DNA from: Callorhinchus milii
Taxonomy: Eukaryota
Assembly (NCBI RefSeq): GCF_018977255.1
Contig: NW_024704756.1
Coordinates: 16,866,001-16,930,000 of the forward strand
Direction: 5' to 3'
Length of the DNA stretch: 64,000 nucleotides
Shown here piece after piece: positions 49,101 to 61,100 of the stretch. Under the pieces are notes generated by a model, which did no database searches, was not told where the DNA came from, and saw nothing but the letters and a program-made list of their open reading frames with translations. The first letter of the stretch is position 1; every line of letters starts with the position of its first letter. The translations under genes were made by a program, and so were the position numbers.

Positions 49101-52100
49101 ATAATGTGTGTCTTTGATTTATCATTTGACAAATCTTTTAAGGGGAAATAACAGCAAGTGCGGATAAAGAGGAGCACAGAATGCATGTTTGTTTGTTTGC
49201 ACACAGTCACTTCACTCCACAAAGCACTTTGAGATGACTCAATGATGTGATAAGGCACTATATTAAATGCAAGAATTATTATTAGATAGACATATAATAG
49301 AATGATTTACAAGGGTTTGGGGAGGGGGTTAGAGGCAGGTAAATGGAACTGAATAGATTGCTTGTTCAAAGAGCACAGATATGGTGGGTTGAATGATTTT
49401 CCTCTGCGCTGTATATTTCTGTGGTTCTACTAATGACATTGGGCCTAAATGTCGATTGAGGGTTTGTCCGAGTCAAGTCCTCTTTTATCCCTGTATCCTT
49501 ATGGTCGTTAAAGAACATGAGTCAAACCACAGTTGTGGCGATCAATATAGAGGCGGTGGATTTCCTCACCCTCTCATCAAAGATCATCCAGTTAAACCAA
49601 CAACAAAAAAAGCATTTGTTCAAACCCTAGTTGCTTATTTTGCTTCACAGTAGTTGAACACGTATATGCCGCTTCTTGCTCTCCTCTAAGGTCCTAAGGC
49701 TGAAGAGCTGTTGTTCGATGTTGCAGGTTTCCCAGGACCGAAAGGCCGTGTTGGAGATCCAGGTCCATACGGTCCAGCTGGGACGAAGGGGATTCCAGGA
49801 ATATTGGGAAACCCAGGTTTTCCTGGTTCGCCAGGAATCTCAGGCCCTTCGGGACTTCCCGGTCGCGATGGTCTGGGTTCTCAATCCGGACAGAAAGGTA
49901 CACATGGTTTCCTTGAGTTCACCGTGTCGGCCATTGTTTAATAGGCGCTGGTACATGCTGCTGTTTCATGGTCAAATTAACAACATGGTGAAAAGCCATC
50001 TTCTTCCCAATGCCTCAACCGGTGGAGTGTGGAGATAGGCCAAACAGACAAGCCAAGGTCAATCTCCCATCTGTGCTCACTTGGCTCCTTCCCACCAGAG
50101 AGGTTGTTGTAGAGCTAGACTTAGCTTTGTATCCCTGCACCAAGGAGATGAGGTCTTGGTCATCCTGTATTATATTTATTTTAAGCGAGAGGTAGAAGTG
50201 GCTTTCTTTCTTTCCCTGGTATAACTGTGACCATTCTCTGACAATCACACCCGTGTCTTTCACTTCTTGACTTTGCTACAGGAGAGAAGGGCTCCGTGGG
50301 AGTTATTGGCTTCCCTGGGATGCCTGGGCCCTCAGGCCAGCCTGGCTTTGATGGACGTAAAGGAGAGCCAGGCTCCCCGGGCAGACCAGGAAGCCCAGGT
50401 TCAAGTGGCAGGAGTGGACTAAAAGGTAAGACTTGGATTAAAATCTTTGACTGCTTTCCTTCTCTCCCGTTTTCAAACCATCTTGAGCAAACTCTCTCGT
50501 TGATCGTGCCTTTGCTTCCTAAAATTCTCTGTCCCTCCTCTCCTCCCTGCTCCCTGTCGCCTCTATGATGCACTATGAGATGTTTGTAAAAGGCACCAAA
50601 TAAGCGAATGTCTCAATGGCTTGGGGGAGACTGGGGTCAAAGTGAACAACAAACAGTTTGGTGAGGGTTCAAGGTGCTTATTATCTGTGACTTAACAAGT
50701 TATTTTGGACTGATCTGTTCACCATCCAAAACTTTTCCAGTCGCCCGTTGTCCAGCTCATTCTCTATCTCCCCAGTGGGTTTAACTCTCTCCTCTCCCCC
50801 AGGTGACAGAGGCGAGAACGGTCGTCCTGGTCTTTCGCCCACCCCCATCCCTCCGAACTTGTTAGGAAAGGGACAGAGAGGCCTCCCTGGCCCATCTGGG
50901 CTGAAGGGCTTTCCTGGATCTCGAGGTATTTCTCTTTTCCTACTATTCCCCGTTGGTTTCTGGCGCCTACTGCTACTGAGTTATGTTATTACCGTGAAGT
51001 CCTGTAGTTTAGTGGTTATCACGCTAGCCTCGCAAGCGAGAGGACCTGGGTTCAATTCCCGGGCGGTCCAAAACCTGAGGCAAGTTTCCTGACTCTACAT
51101 GCCTGTGTTTCCCTCACATTAAGTAGAAACCCAGTTGTTAGTCGATTGGCGGATTGTTTTCAGGTTCTGGGGGGTAATAATCCCTCAAAAAAGTAATAAT
51201 AATAATGATAATGTGGTATATTGTAATCCAGACACTACTGTGTGCAATTGGCTGTCGCTTTTTGCCCACAAAATATACAGTCAATTCACTTTACAGTCTA
51301 TCCTGTGAAGCGCTTTGAGACAACTCAAGGACGTGATAAGGCGCTGTATCAATGCAAGGATTGTTATTGACGGCTTGGCCTGTCACATGTGAAGAATATG
51401 CTCATTCTCTGTGTGTTTCTGTGTATATTAGGTGATGTAGGTTTTCCAGGACGGCCCGGTGGCCCCGGCTTGCCAGGGCTGCCAGGACTCCCAGGACGTG
51501 GTAAAGGACTCCCAGGCAGTGGAGGGCGACCAGGCTCACCTGGAATTCCGGGATCGCCCGGACCAAAAGGCTTTCTCGGTATTCCTGGTTTCCCTGGAAT
51601 GGCGGGAGCAAAGGTAGGTTCCTGTACGCTTCAAAATTCATTACTCTCCTTGATCACCCTCAGCACCTGTCAGCATCCGCGCTGGTGTCAGCCTGTTTTG
51701 GGGGAGAGAAGTAAAAACACACTGTGTCCTCGATTTGAATTTGTGTCCCGTGTCCAGGTCGCGGCTTCTCCAGAGTTAATACTGTAGCTTTTGTCTCACA
51801 GGGCAGTGATGGGTATCCAGGAAATCCCGGGACATCGGGAGAGCCCGGCCTCGCTGGCCTGAAAGGTAAAGTGCCACAGGAGAGAGACTGCTCCCCTGCC
51901 CAGACCCCCTCTCTACACCTCACTGAGCACTCACAGCACTTCAAGCCTTCTCATCTGTCCGGTTTCTTCTAATTCTGGCATTTATGGGGAATGTTTTTAC
52001 TTAAACTGACTGTGTGAGGGAGCCGGAGTGACATCAGAAGAGACACGGGGAGTGACTGAGCCTGACAGTGTGATCTAATAGGGGTGAGAGCGCGCATTCC

Positions 52101-55100
52101 ATTCCAGACAAAGGTGTGGAACTCTTCGGCTGCTTTGGACGCTGCAAACCCCAGTGATGGGTTTCCACGTGTGTCAGGCACACTGAGTCACCAAAACAAA
52201 TCACTGATAGGACGAGGGGAAGGTACACTGAGACACTCCTGGTTGCTTCTGCCTTTCGTGGTGTATTTTCTGTGTCTGATCTTCACTGAAGGACAGAGTT
52301 CAGAAACCGTGCTGGACATCTCAACAACAACAGGTCTCTCCTGCTCTCCTGACCATCTATTAAATGCCTTGTTTCAGGTGATCGAGGGGATTCGAGCAGT
52401 GCTCCTGGTGCCCCAGGAGCAAAGGGAGAACCTGGGCAGCCAGGGTACCCAGGTAAGAGCTGCTAATTACAGCTTGTTCTCATTCCTGAAGTTTACACAC
52501 GGCCTTGTTTTGCTTCTTGATGATTGCTTGTTTGTGTGTTTCTTCCTCCCGTGGGGGAACGTTGACCAGGACATTGGGAGAAACTCCCTTCTCTTTTCGA
52601 GTTGGTTTTAACGTGTCAGTGTTTTGCTCAGCACTGCACTACAGTGACAGCCAAGACTGTTTGCCCCTGAACCTGGGAGCTTGAACCCACTGGACTCTGA
52701 CACAGAGCGAGAGCGCTACCAACTGAGCCAATGGTGGGTCCGGCTGACAATGTATACGTTTTCAGGAGGAGTATAGCAGTGGGAAGCATTGTATCACGAG
52801 GTTCCCAGCCCAGGTACAGTGTAACCCACTCCGCACCTGGTGATGCTAATCTGTGGTTGTTTTAATTGCAGGTGAGAAAGGACGCGATAGTTTTTCAGGT
52901 GACCCCGGCATCTCTGGGAGTCCCGGCATCAGTGGACTGAAAGGATTACCTGGAGATCCAGGGAGACCCGGACCACCAGGTGAGAATCCATGACACATCA
53001 CTTGTAAATATACACCTGTGCGTGCACCCGCACATGTGGGTGTGTTTGTGTGCGCGTGTGTGTGTACATGCATGGTGTGCGTATGTGGTCTGTTGTATGG
53101 TGTGTGTGGGTTGGGGTGTGTGTGTGTGGGTGGGGGTGTGTGTGTGTGGGTGGGGCTGTGTGTGTGTGGGTGGGGGTGTGTGGGTGTGGGTGGGGGTGTG
53201 TGTGTGTGGGTGGGGGTGTGTGTGTGGGTGGGGGTGGGGTGTGTGGGTGGGGGTGTGTGTGGTGGGTGGGGGTGTGTGTGTGTGGGTGGGGTGGGTGGGG
53301 GTGGTGGGGGGGGTGGGGGTGTGTGTGGGTGGGTGGGGGTGTGTGTGGGTGGGTGGGGGTGTGTGTGGGTGGGTGGGGGTGTGTGTGGGTGGGTGGGGGT
53401 GTGTGTGTGTGGGTGGGTGGGGTGTGTGTGTGTGGGTGGGTGGGGGTGTGTGTGTGTGGGTGGGTGGGGGTGTGTGTGTGTGGGTGGGTGGGGTGTGTGT
53501 GTGTGGGTGCGTGGGGTGTGTGTGTGTGTGCGCGTGGGGTGTGTGTGTGTGGGTGGGTTGGGGTGTGGGTGGGTGGGTGGGTTGGGGTGTGGGTGGGTGG
53601 GTGGGTTGGGGTGTGGGTGGGTGGGTGGGTTGGGGTGTGTGTGTGGGTGGGTGGGTTGGGGTGTGTGTGTGGGTGGGTGGGTTGGGGTGTGTGTGTGTGT
53701 GTGGGTGGGTGTGGGGGTGTGTGTGTGTGTGGGTGGGTTGGGGGGTGTGTGTGTGTGGGTGGGTTGGGGGTGTGTGTGTGTGGGGGGTTGGGGGTGTGTG
53801 TGTGTGGGTGGGTTGGGGGTGTGGGTGGGTTGGGGTGTGTGGGTGGGGTGGGTTGGGGTGTGTGGGTGGGTGTGGGGGTTGGGGTGTGGGTGGGTGTGGG
53901 GGTTGGGGGGTGTGTGTAGGGGGTGGGTTGGGGCGTGTATGTGGGGCTCTCTTCCCTATTGCATCATCACAAAATCTTCAGCAAGCTCCTGTGTGACCGT
54001 CTGGTCAATGTCTTCTTGATGTCCACAGGTGGCTCTGGACGACAAGGTGAAAGTGGCAGCCCAGGTTCCCCGGGACCTGATGGACGTCCAGGGCCCCCTG
54101 GACGCACGTCTCAGTTCAGTCTCCCAGGCCCGAAAGGTAGCGACCACGTCACTCCGGCGTCTGCTTGCGATTGTCTCCCGTGGTTGTCAGGGAGAGGGTT
54201 ATCCTGTGAAGCGATGCTCGGGCAGTAACAGGCACTTCTTCCTTCACTAGGTTTCTCGGGCTCGCCGGGACTGGACGGTTTGAATGGTTTACCTGGACCA
54301 AGGGGGCCACCGGGAACACCAGGTACGTGATCTCAGCGTTTCTCCATCCGCGATGACTTTACCTTGGTTAGAGGCTCTGTTTCAGGGACACGGCGCGGAG
54401 CTGCCCGGTTGTGCCGAGGGGCTCGTTTCTGTGTTTCCGTGGCATCCTGTGTTCTCAGTGTGAATTCCACAGCGTGTGTGATGGACTGGCAGATTCTCCC
54501 GGTCCCGACTTATATTAAACACAAAGCTTGTGGAAATCACGGATCCCCGTAGTGCAGGGGTTAGTGGCTCACCTGGCAAGCGAGAGACGGGGGCTAGTAT
54601 GATTATTATTATAAATCATTGAGTTGGGTGTGACGGAGGGCAACACAAACACACGGGCAAATAATCCCAACAACAGATAGGACTCTGAAGATGGGCTTTG
54701 CTCCCTGGCTGGCTGGTCTTTGCTCACTAAAGGGATTTGCTCACTAAACTAAACCCCACCTTTGTTTTTTCAGGGGGACAGGGGGTGGGGGTTGTGGGGG
54801 AAGGGGATGATTTTGCCAACCTGAGATTTGTGAATCTCGCCTTGAAAATCGAAAATCGCAAATTGATTAACGTGGCGAAACCCGTTTGCCAAACAGCGTC
54901 CATGTTTGCGAGTTGAATGGCTGTTCCTCAGTGTGGTGTTTATGACTCTTTAGGCCCAGGTGAGGTCGGACGCCCGGCATCCCCAGGTACTCCAGGGCTC
55001 AAGGGTGAGCGAGGAACACCTGGCACAGGGATCGGAACACCGGGATATCCTGGAACAAAAGGACTTCGCGGAGATCCAGGTAATTTAGAGGCTTGGCCGT

Positions 55101-58100
55101 GAAGTCTTTAAAAAACGGTACATTGGAAACGTCCAACTGAAGAGGCATAGACAAGACCTTATAATAATAATAATCCTTGCATTTGATATAGCGCTTTTCA
55201 CGTCGGGAGGATGTCCCAAAGCGCTTCACAGAACACACTGTAAAGTGAATTGACTGTATATTTGTGGGCGAACGCGGCAGCCAATTGCACACAGCAATGT
55301 CCCACAAACAGTCGTAGATTGAAAATGACCAATTTATTATTGTTTTTGGTTTTGGAGGGATTATTATTAGGCTCTGTGTGGAGTAAGGAAACTTGCCCAA
55401 GGTTTCGCCCTCTGCCTGGAATTAAACTCAGGTCAGTCGCTTGCAAAGCGAGTGCTCTAACCACTGAGCTGCAGGACTCCACCTTGGTTTAAACGTCTCC
55501 CCTGAAGGCACTGTGTTGGAGTGTCAGCTTAGGCAGTGAGCTCAAAGTCCTAACGTGAGGTTCGATCCCATAACCTTCTGTCAAAGAGGCCAACATCTGA
55601 ACCAGGTGGACATCTAAAGTCTTATAAAGTTAGGGATCTGCTGATCCCCATCAGAACATGAAACTTATTGATTTAACTTGTCTGTCGAAAAGATGCACAG
55701 TTCTGAACTCTTCAGTGAAAATAAGATCGCACTTCATAGTCTCAGATCCAATGGCTGACTTTATCTCTGTTGGTCCCATCAGGTTCCTCGGGAGGATTGG
55801 GTATCCCAGGAACACCAGGGCCCCCGGGGAGCTACACAGTTTCCAATATTCCCGGGAAGTCAGGAGATGCTGGGCGACCCGGCTATGATGGTGAATTGGG
55901 TAAGATATTGGTTTCATTCCAAACATGGGCTCATTAAACAACACAGCTCAGTGGGTGTGTGGGTTGGTGCTGTGTTGGAGGATTGTGCTGATGGGGGTGG
56001 AGGGATCAGATCAGCTGAAGGAGACTGAGGGAAACGGCGTAATGTCTGTGCTGTGCCGGTGCAATGTGAGGGAGGCTTGGCGTTGGCTGGTCTAAGACGC
56101 CTGGTCTTCTCAGTGGTTTCCATTGAGCTTTAATGAATGCTCTACTCTTTGCTGTGTGGTTTACATTAACCCATCGTTGTCCTTTACCTCTTCCAGGTCT
56201 CAGAGGGCCACCAGGTCCCCCTGGGCTGCCAGGCCTGGGCACCGAGAAGGGTGATCCTGGCTCCAATGGGCTGCCTGGTGCCCCAGGATTAATAGGCGGG
56301 CGTGGGAACCCCGGACTGCAGGGTCGTCAGGGAATCCCTGGAGCTCCTGGGCTGAAGGGTGAGTGGTCAAGTGTTGGCTTTGGGCACATCCTTGCTTTAT
56401 CCTTCCTGGTGAAAAGAGCCGTTTGCTCATTAGTTATTGAAGAAAAGAATTTATTTTTATTTTTCTGCTGTCCATCTCGGGGTCTCCGTGTGTGAGGTCG
56501 CAATCCACTTGTGTTTCAATCCAATTCGGAGTGAAAGTAACGGAAGTTTCCCACTCATATCTGCCCAAGTCCCATTGATCTCGTACTTTGCAAAAATCAT
56601 ATTCAATGTGTGGTCCCAACTGATACGACTCATGTGAGGTTTACTGTATCCCAAAGTGAGGTTTAAGTAATCCTCAATCTGGTTCTGTCTGTCTTCACCG
56701 TGCAGTGGGAGTGAGCTGCCAGGTATTAAGAGTTGTCTCTGTTGCTTTCTTCAGGTCAAGTTGGAGATTCAAACATCAGGGGATTTCCAGGCACAGATGG
56801 ACCTGTTGGTGAACAAGGTTATCCAGGCTCCAAAGGCGAGCCTGGCGCCCAAGGTATGTAACGTGTTATGACAATACACGCCTTATACAAATGTAATTTA
56901 TTGTTGTTATAACCACTACACTGTGGGACTGGTAGTGGTTAGCGCTTGGCTCACCTCTCGTCTCCGAGAGGACCTAGATTTGATTCTCGGGCAGGGTGAA
57001 ACTTCAGACAAGTTTCCCTACTCCCCTCACTTTTTATCCAGCAGTAAGTAGGAACCCGGTTGTTAGTCGATTGGCAGAGAGCTTTCTGGGGATAAAAATC
57101 CTTTCCCCCCAAAATAATAATTTGGTCACTCAATCCACGACTGTTTATGGGACACTGCTGTACGCAATTGGCTGCCGCGTTTCGCCCACAAAGTACACAA
57201 TCAATTCACTTTATAATATCCTGTGGAGTCCTGTAGCTCAGTGGTTAGAGCACTCGCTTTGCAAGTGAGAGACCTGAGTTCAATTCCAGGCAGAGGGCGA
57301 AACCTTGGGCAAGTTTCTTTACTCCACACAGAGCCTAATAATAATCCCTTCAAAAACTAAAAACAATAATTAATTGGTCATTTTCAATCTACGACTGTTT
57401 GTGGGACATTGCTGTGCGCCATTGGCTGCCGCGTTCGCCCACAAATATACAGTCAATTCACTTTGCAGTATGTTCTGTGAAGCGCTTTGGGACGTCCTCC
57501 CGACGTGAAAAGCGCTATATCAAATGCAAGGATTATTATTATTATTATTATTATAACAACAACAAGATTCCTTTATTGAGCGCCTTTCACGTCGGGAGGA
57601 CGTCCCAAGGCGCTGTACAGTTGGGTCAGGACCCGAGCAGGGGGGAAATGGTCAGGGTGAGGGGAGGGGAGGGAGCGAGGAGGGGGGAAATGGTCAGGGT
57701 GAGGGGAGGGAAGGGAGGGAGCGAGGAGGGTGTAGAGAGTCGAGAGGGGCATCTCAACAATATGATAAAGCGCTGTATCAAATATAAGAATTATTATTAT
57801 TATATTGTATTTTGTGTGCGGATTGATGTTGGATTGTGTATGAGCTCCTGTATAACCTGTGAACCTTTACACTTCACTCAGGCTTCCCTGGATCTCCAGG
57901 TCTCCCTGGAAAACCAGCAGATGTGTTAATACTCACCCCACCATTAGGTCTTCTTGGACCACCAGGCTTCGATGGCTCCCCAGGGGAAATCGGAGAGTCA
58001 GGGCGACCTGGAAGCCCTGGACTCCCAGGTGAGTAAACTGGGACATTTGGTCATCATTGTCGGAAAATATGGTTCGGTAGATTTTAACCGAATGGCCAAA

Positions 58101-61100
58101 CATGGAACCAATCCAAAGTGTCAGCCAATTAGGCATTGGATTGAGTTTCACGTTTACCACAGAACTGGGGAAGCCACGAAAAGGGATAAGACAACCTCCG
58201 TTTAAGATGCTTTCCACTCTATAACGGACCTTTCTGAGATATTGCTGAGGAGGCTCCCATGCCCTGTGCTGTAGTGAAGCCTGATATCCCACAACCAGAG
58301 CAGCTGGGATATCCTTGACCTTCTGGCCAATAATCTTAGCAACGGGAATAAACACGCAAAGCCAACTGCCTGATTCACAGAACCGTAGACATTTAAGCGC
58401 AGAAGGAGGCCATTCGGTCCTGAAAGTCCACATCGACTCTCAGAGCAAGCTGTCCTCTCAAGCCCACACCCTATCCTCATATACCTTCAAACCTCTCACT
58501 TACATATTCCGCTGAATCCGCCACTAATAGTGTTAGTTTGTCTCTTTTTTTCTTGTGGTTCAAGGCATCAAAGGCCAACCAGGAAGACCTGGCAATGTGG
58601 GCAGCAATGGTTTTCCTGGTCCTGTGGGTGTTCGAGGAGATCCAGGTCCAAAGGGCTATCCTGGAGCCAATGGCTTTGAAGGTGAGGGGAATTTGCCAAT
58701 CCTTTCTTCCTGTTGGTAACACGTCATGACTGTGCAACTTTATTATAAAGCTCTCTCTGCTCTCCCACTCCTGTCTCCTCTCCTCTCTCCTCTTCCCGCT
58801 CTCCTCTCTACTCTCCGCTTTTAATCCACTGCTCGTTCACCAAGGTTCCAAGAGACTCCCTGGGATGTTTGTAACCTCGTTATTCCATTCCTCTCCTCAG
58901 GGAACCGTGGAAACTCAGGCTCCCCAGGAATGCCGGGAATACCAGCTCGCAGTGTGAGTGTTGGCTACACACTAGTGAAGCACAGCCAATCCGAACAAGT
59001 GCCGATCTGCCCACAGGGAATGAACAGATTGTGGGAAGGCTTCAGCTTGCTGTTTGTGGAGGGACAGGAGAAGGCACACAACCAGGATCTAGGTGACTGT
59101 CACCACATCTGCCATTCAGCTCAGAGAGATCTTATAGAGAGTCAATAATAAATAATAATAATAATTCTTGCATTTGATAAAACGCCTTATCACATCTTCT
59201 AGATGTCTCAAAGCGCTTCACAGAATATACTGTAAAGTGAATTGACTGTATACTTGTGGGTGAAACACGGCAGCCAATTGCGCACAGCAGCGGCCCACAA
59301 ACAGTCGTGGATTGAGTGATCAAATTATTACTATTTTCTTGAGGGATTATTATCTCCGGAAAAGTGATCCACCAATCGACTAACAACTGGGTTCCTACTT
59401 ACTGCTAGGTAACAGAGCCGTGTGGAGTAAGGAAACTTGCCTGAGGTTTCACTCCGCCCAGGAATCAAACCCAGGTCCTCTTGCTTGCGAGGCGAGCGCT
59501 CTAACCACTAATCTACAGGACTCCATGTGCCAGCCCCGACCTCCGTTAATAATTTCCATTTCCCACAAACGGTTCCCTCTACGTATCTCTGAGGCAGATT
59601 GCCAATGTGTGGCCAAATTGGAGGTGTGGGTCTGATGTCACCAAGAGCGAGAGTATGACTGTTTCCTCACCCCCAGCAGAGGGAGAGGGGGAAGAGAGAG
59701 AGAAAGAGAGACTTTCATCCCATTAGGTCGTCCTGGGCTCAGAAAGGTCCCAGTTCCCCAGAGGTGAAAGAACAGTAGTACTAATCAATTCCACAAGCTC
59801 TTCCCTCCCTAAGTGTAGCTCGCAAGTATTTTGAAGTGGACGGCGGAACCAATTCCAAATTCCCAACGTCAAACTTTATTTTTCACTCGCCTGAAATGTG
59901 CCAAGTATCGTGTGTGTGTGTGGGTGAGAGGTCACAGCTGTTAGCTGCCCTGAGTGACAGAATTGCCTAGAGATGTAATTGGCTCCAAAGGCTTCCTGCA
60001 TTTCTTATCTTCTCTTTTTTCCCCCCCTCCACCATAAAAGCTTTTCATATCACAAAACTGCCCAAATCGTCAATGTGACAACCAAGGCGCTGGGTCAATG
60101 AGGATCAATGATCAATATGGAAGAGTAAAGATGAAGGTTTGGGGTAGAGTTTGGAGCTGTTAGTTTGAGGAGCTTCAGTTGTTTCCCCCCTCTCCACCCC
60201 TCAGTCCTATCTGTTCAGTATTGCTCTGGCAACCACGCTCCCCATTCCCCCAGTGCCTGTAATAACCTCTGGTCTCTGTCTTCCCACCACCACAGGAATG
60301 GCTGGCTCCTGCCTGCCCCGCTTCACCACCATGCCGTTCCTCTACTGCAACATCAACGAGCTGTGCTACTACGCGAGCAGGAACGACAAGTCCTATTGGC
60401 TTTCAACCACGGCGCCCATCCCCATGATGCCGGTGTCCAACATCCAGATCAGACCGTACATCAGCCGCTGCTCAGTGTGTGAGGCCCCATCACAAGCTGT
60501 GGCTGTGCACAGCCAGGACATCACCATCCCACAATGCCCTAATGGCTGGCGGAGTCTCTGGATAGGTTACTCCTTCCTCATGGTAAGCCACAGTATCACC
60601 AGAGGGTGGTGGGATTGGTGGGGGCTGGGGTTGGCTTGTGTCTGCTCAGATCTTTCCCCCCCTCCCAATTTTCTCTCCTGGAACCAAGTGTTGACTTGAT
60701 AGAGGAGTTCTTGTAGAGGGTGTCACAGGTGGGGCTGAGGCCCTCCCACACTCATGCCCTTGCCCGACTCTCGGACATGAGCTAGTGATCGGCCGCCTGT
60801 GTGTGGACGATGGTTGCAGACAGGATCAGGCTGCTTGTAATGCCTCTTGTCCTCTGTTCCTCTGTGTTACAGCACACGGCGGCGGGTCCCGAGGGGGGAG
60901 GACAGTCGCTGGTGTCGCCGGGATCGTGTCTGGAGGATTTCCGGGCCACGCCCTTCATCGAGTGCAACGGCCCCCGGGGAACCTGCCACTTCTTTGCCAA
61001 CAAGTACAGCTTCTGGCTGACCATCGTGGAGTACAACCAGCAGTTCGCACAGTCTCCCCCCTCGGAGACCCTGAAAGCAGGACAGCTCCGCACTCGGGTT

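Larger units (their letters stand above)
56922..57801 (+). mobile_element. SINE subfamily B split by nested insertions
   Basis: Head and body at 56922-57222; tail resumes at ~57750-57801. Confidence 0.75.

Noticed and set aside
52980..54019. 289-338 aa G/V/C/W-rich ORFs (likewise 11687-12211, 16627-17407, 30076-30690, 32528-33519)
   Set aside because: Microsatellite translations, open in several frames simply because GT/CA repeats lack stop codons
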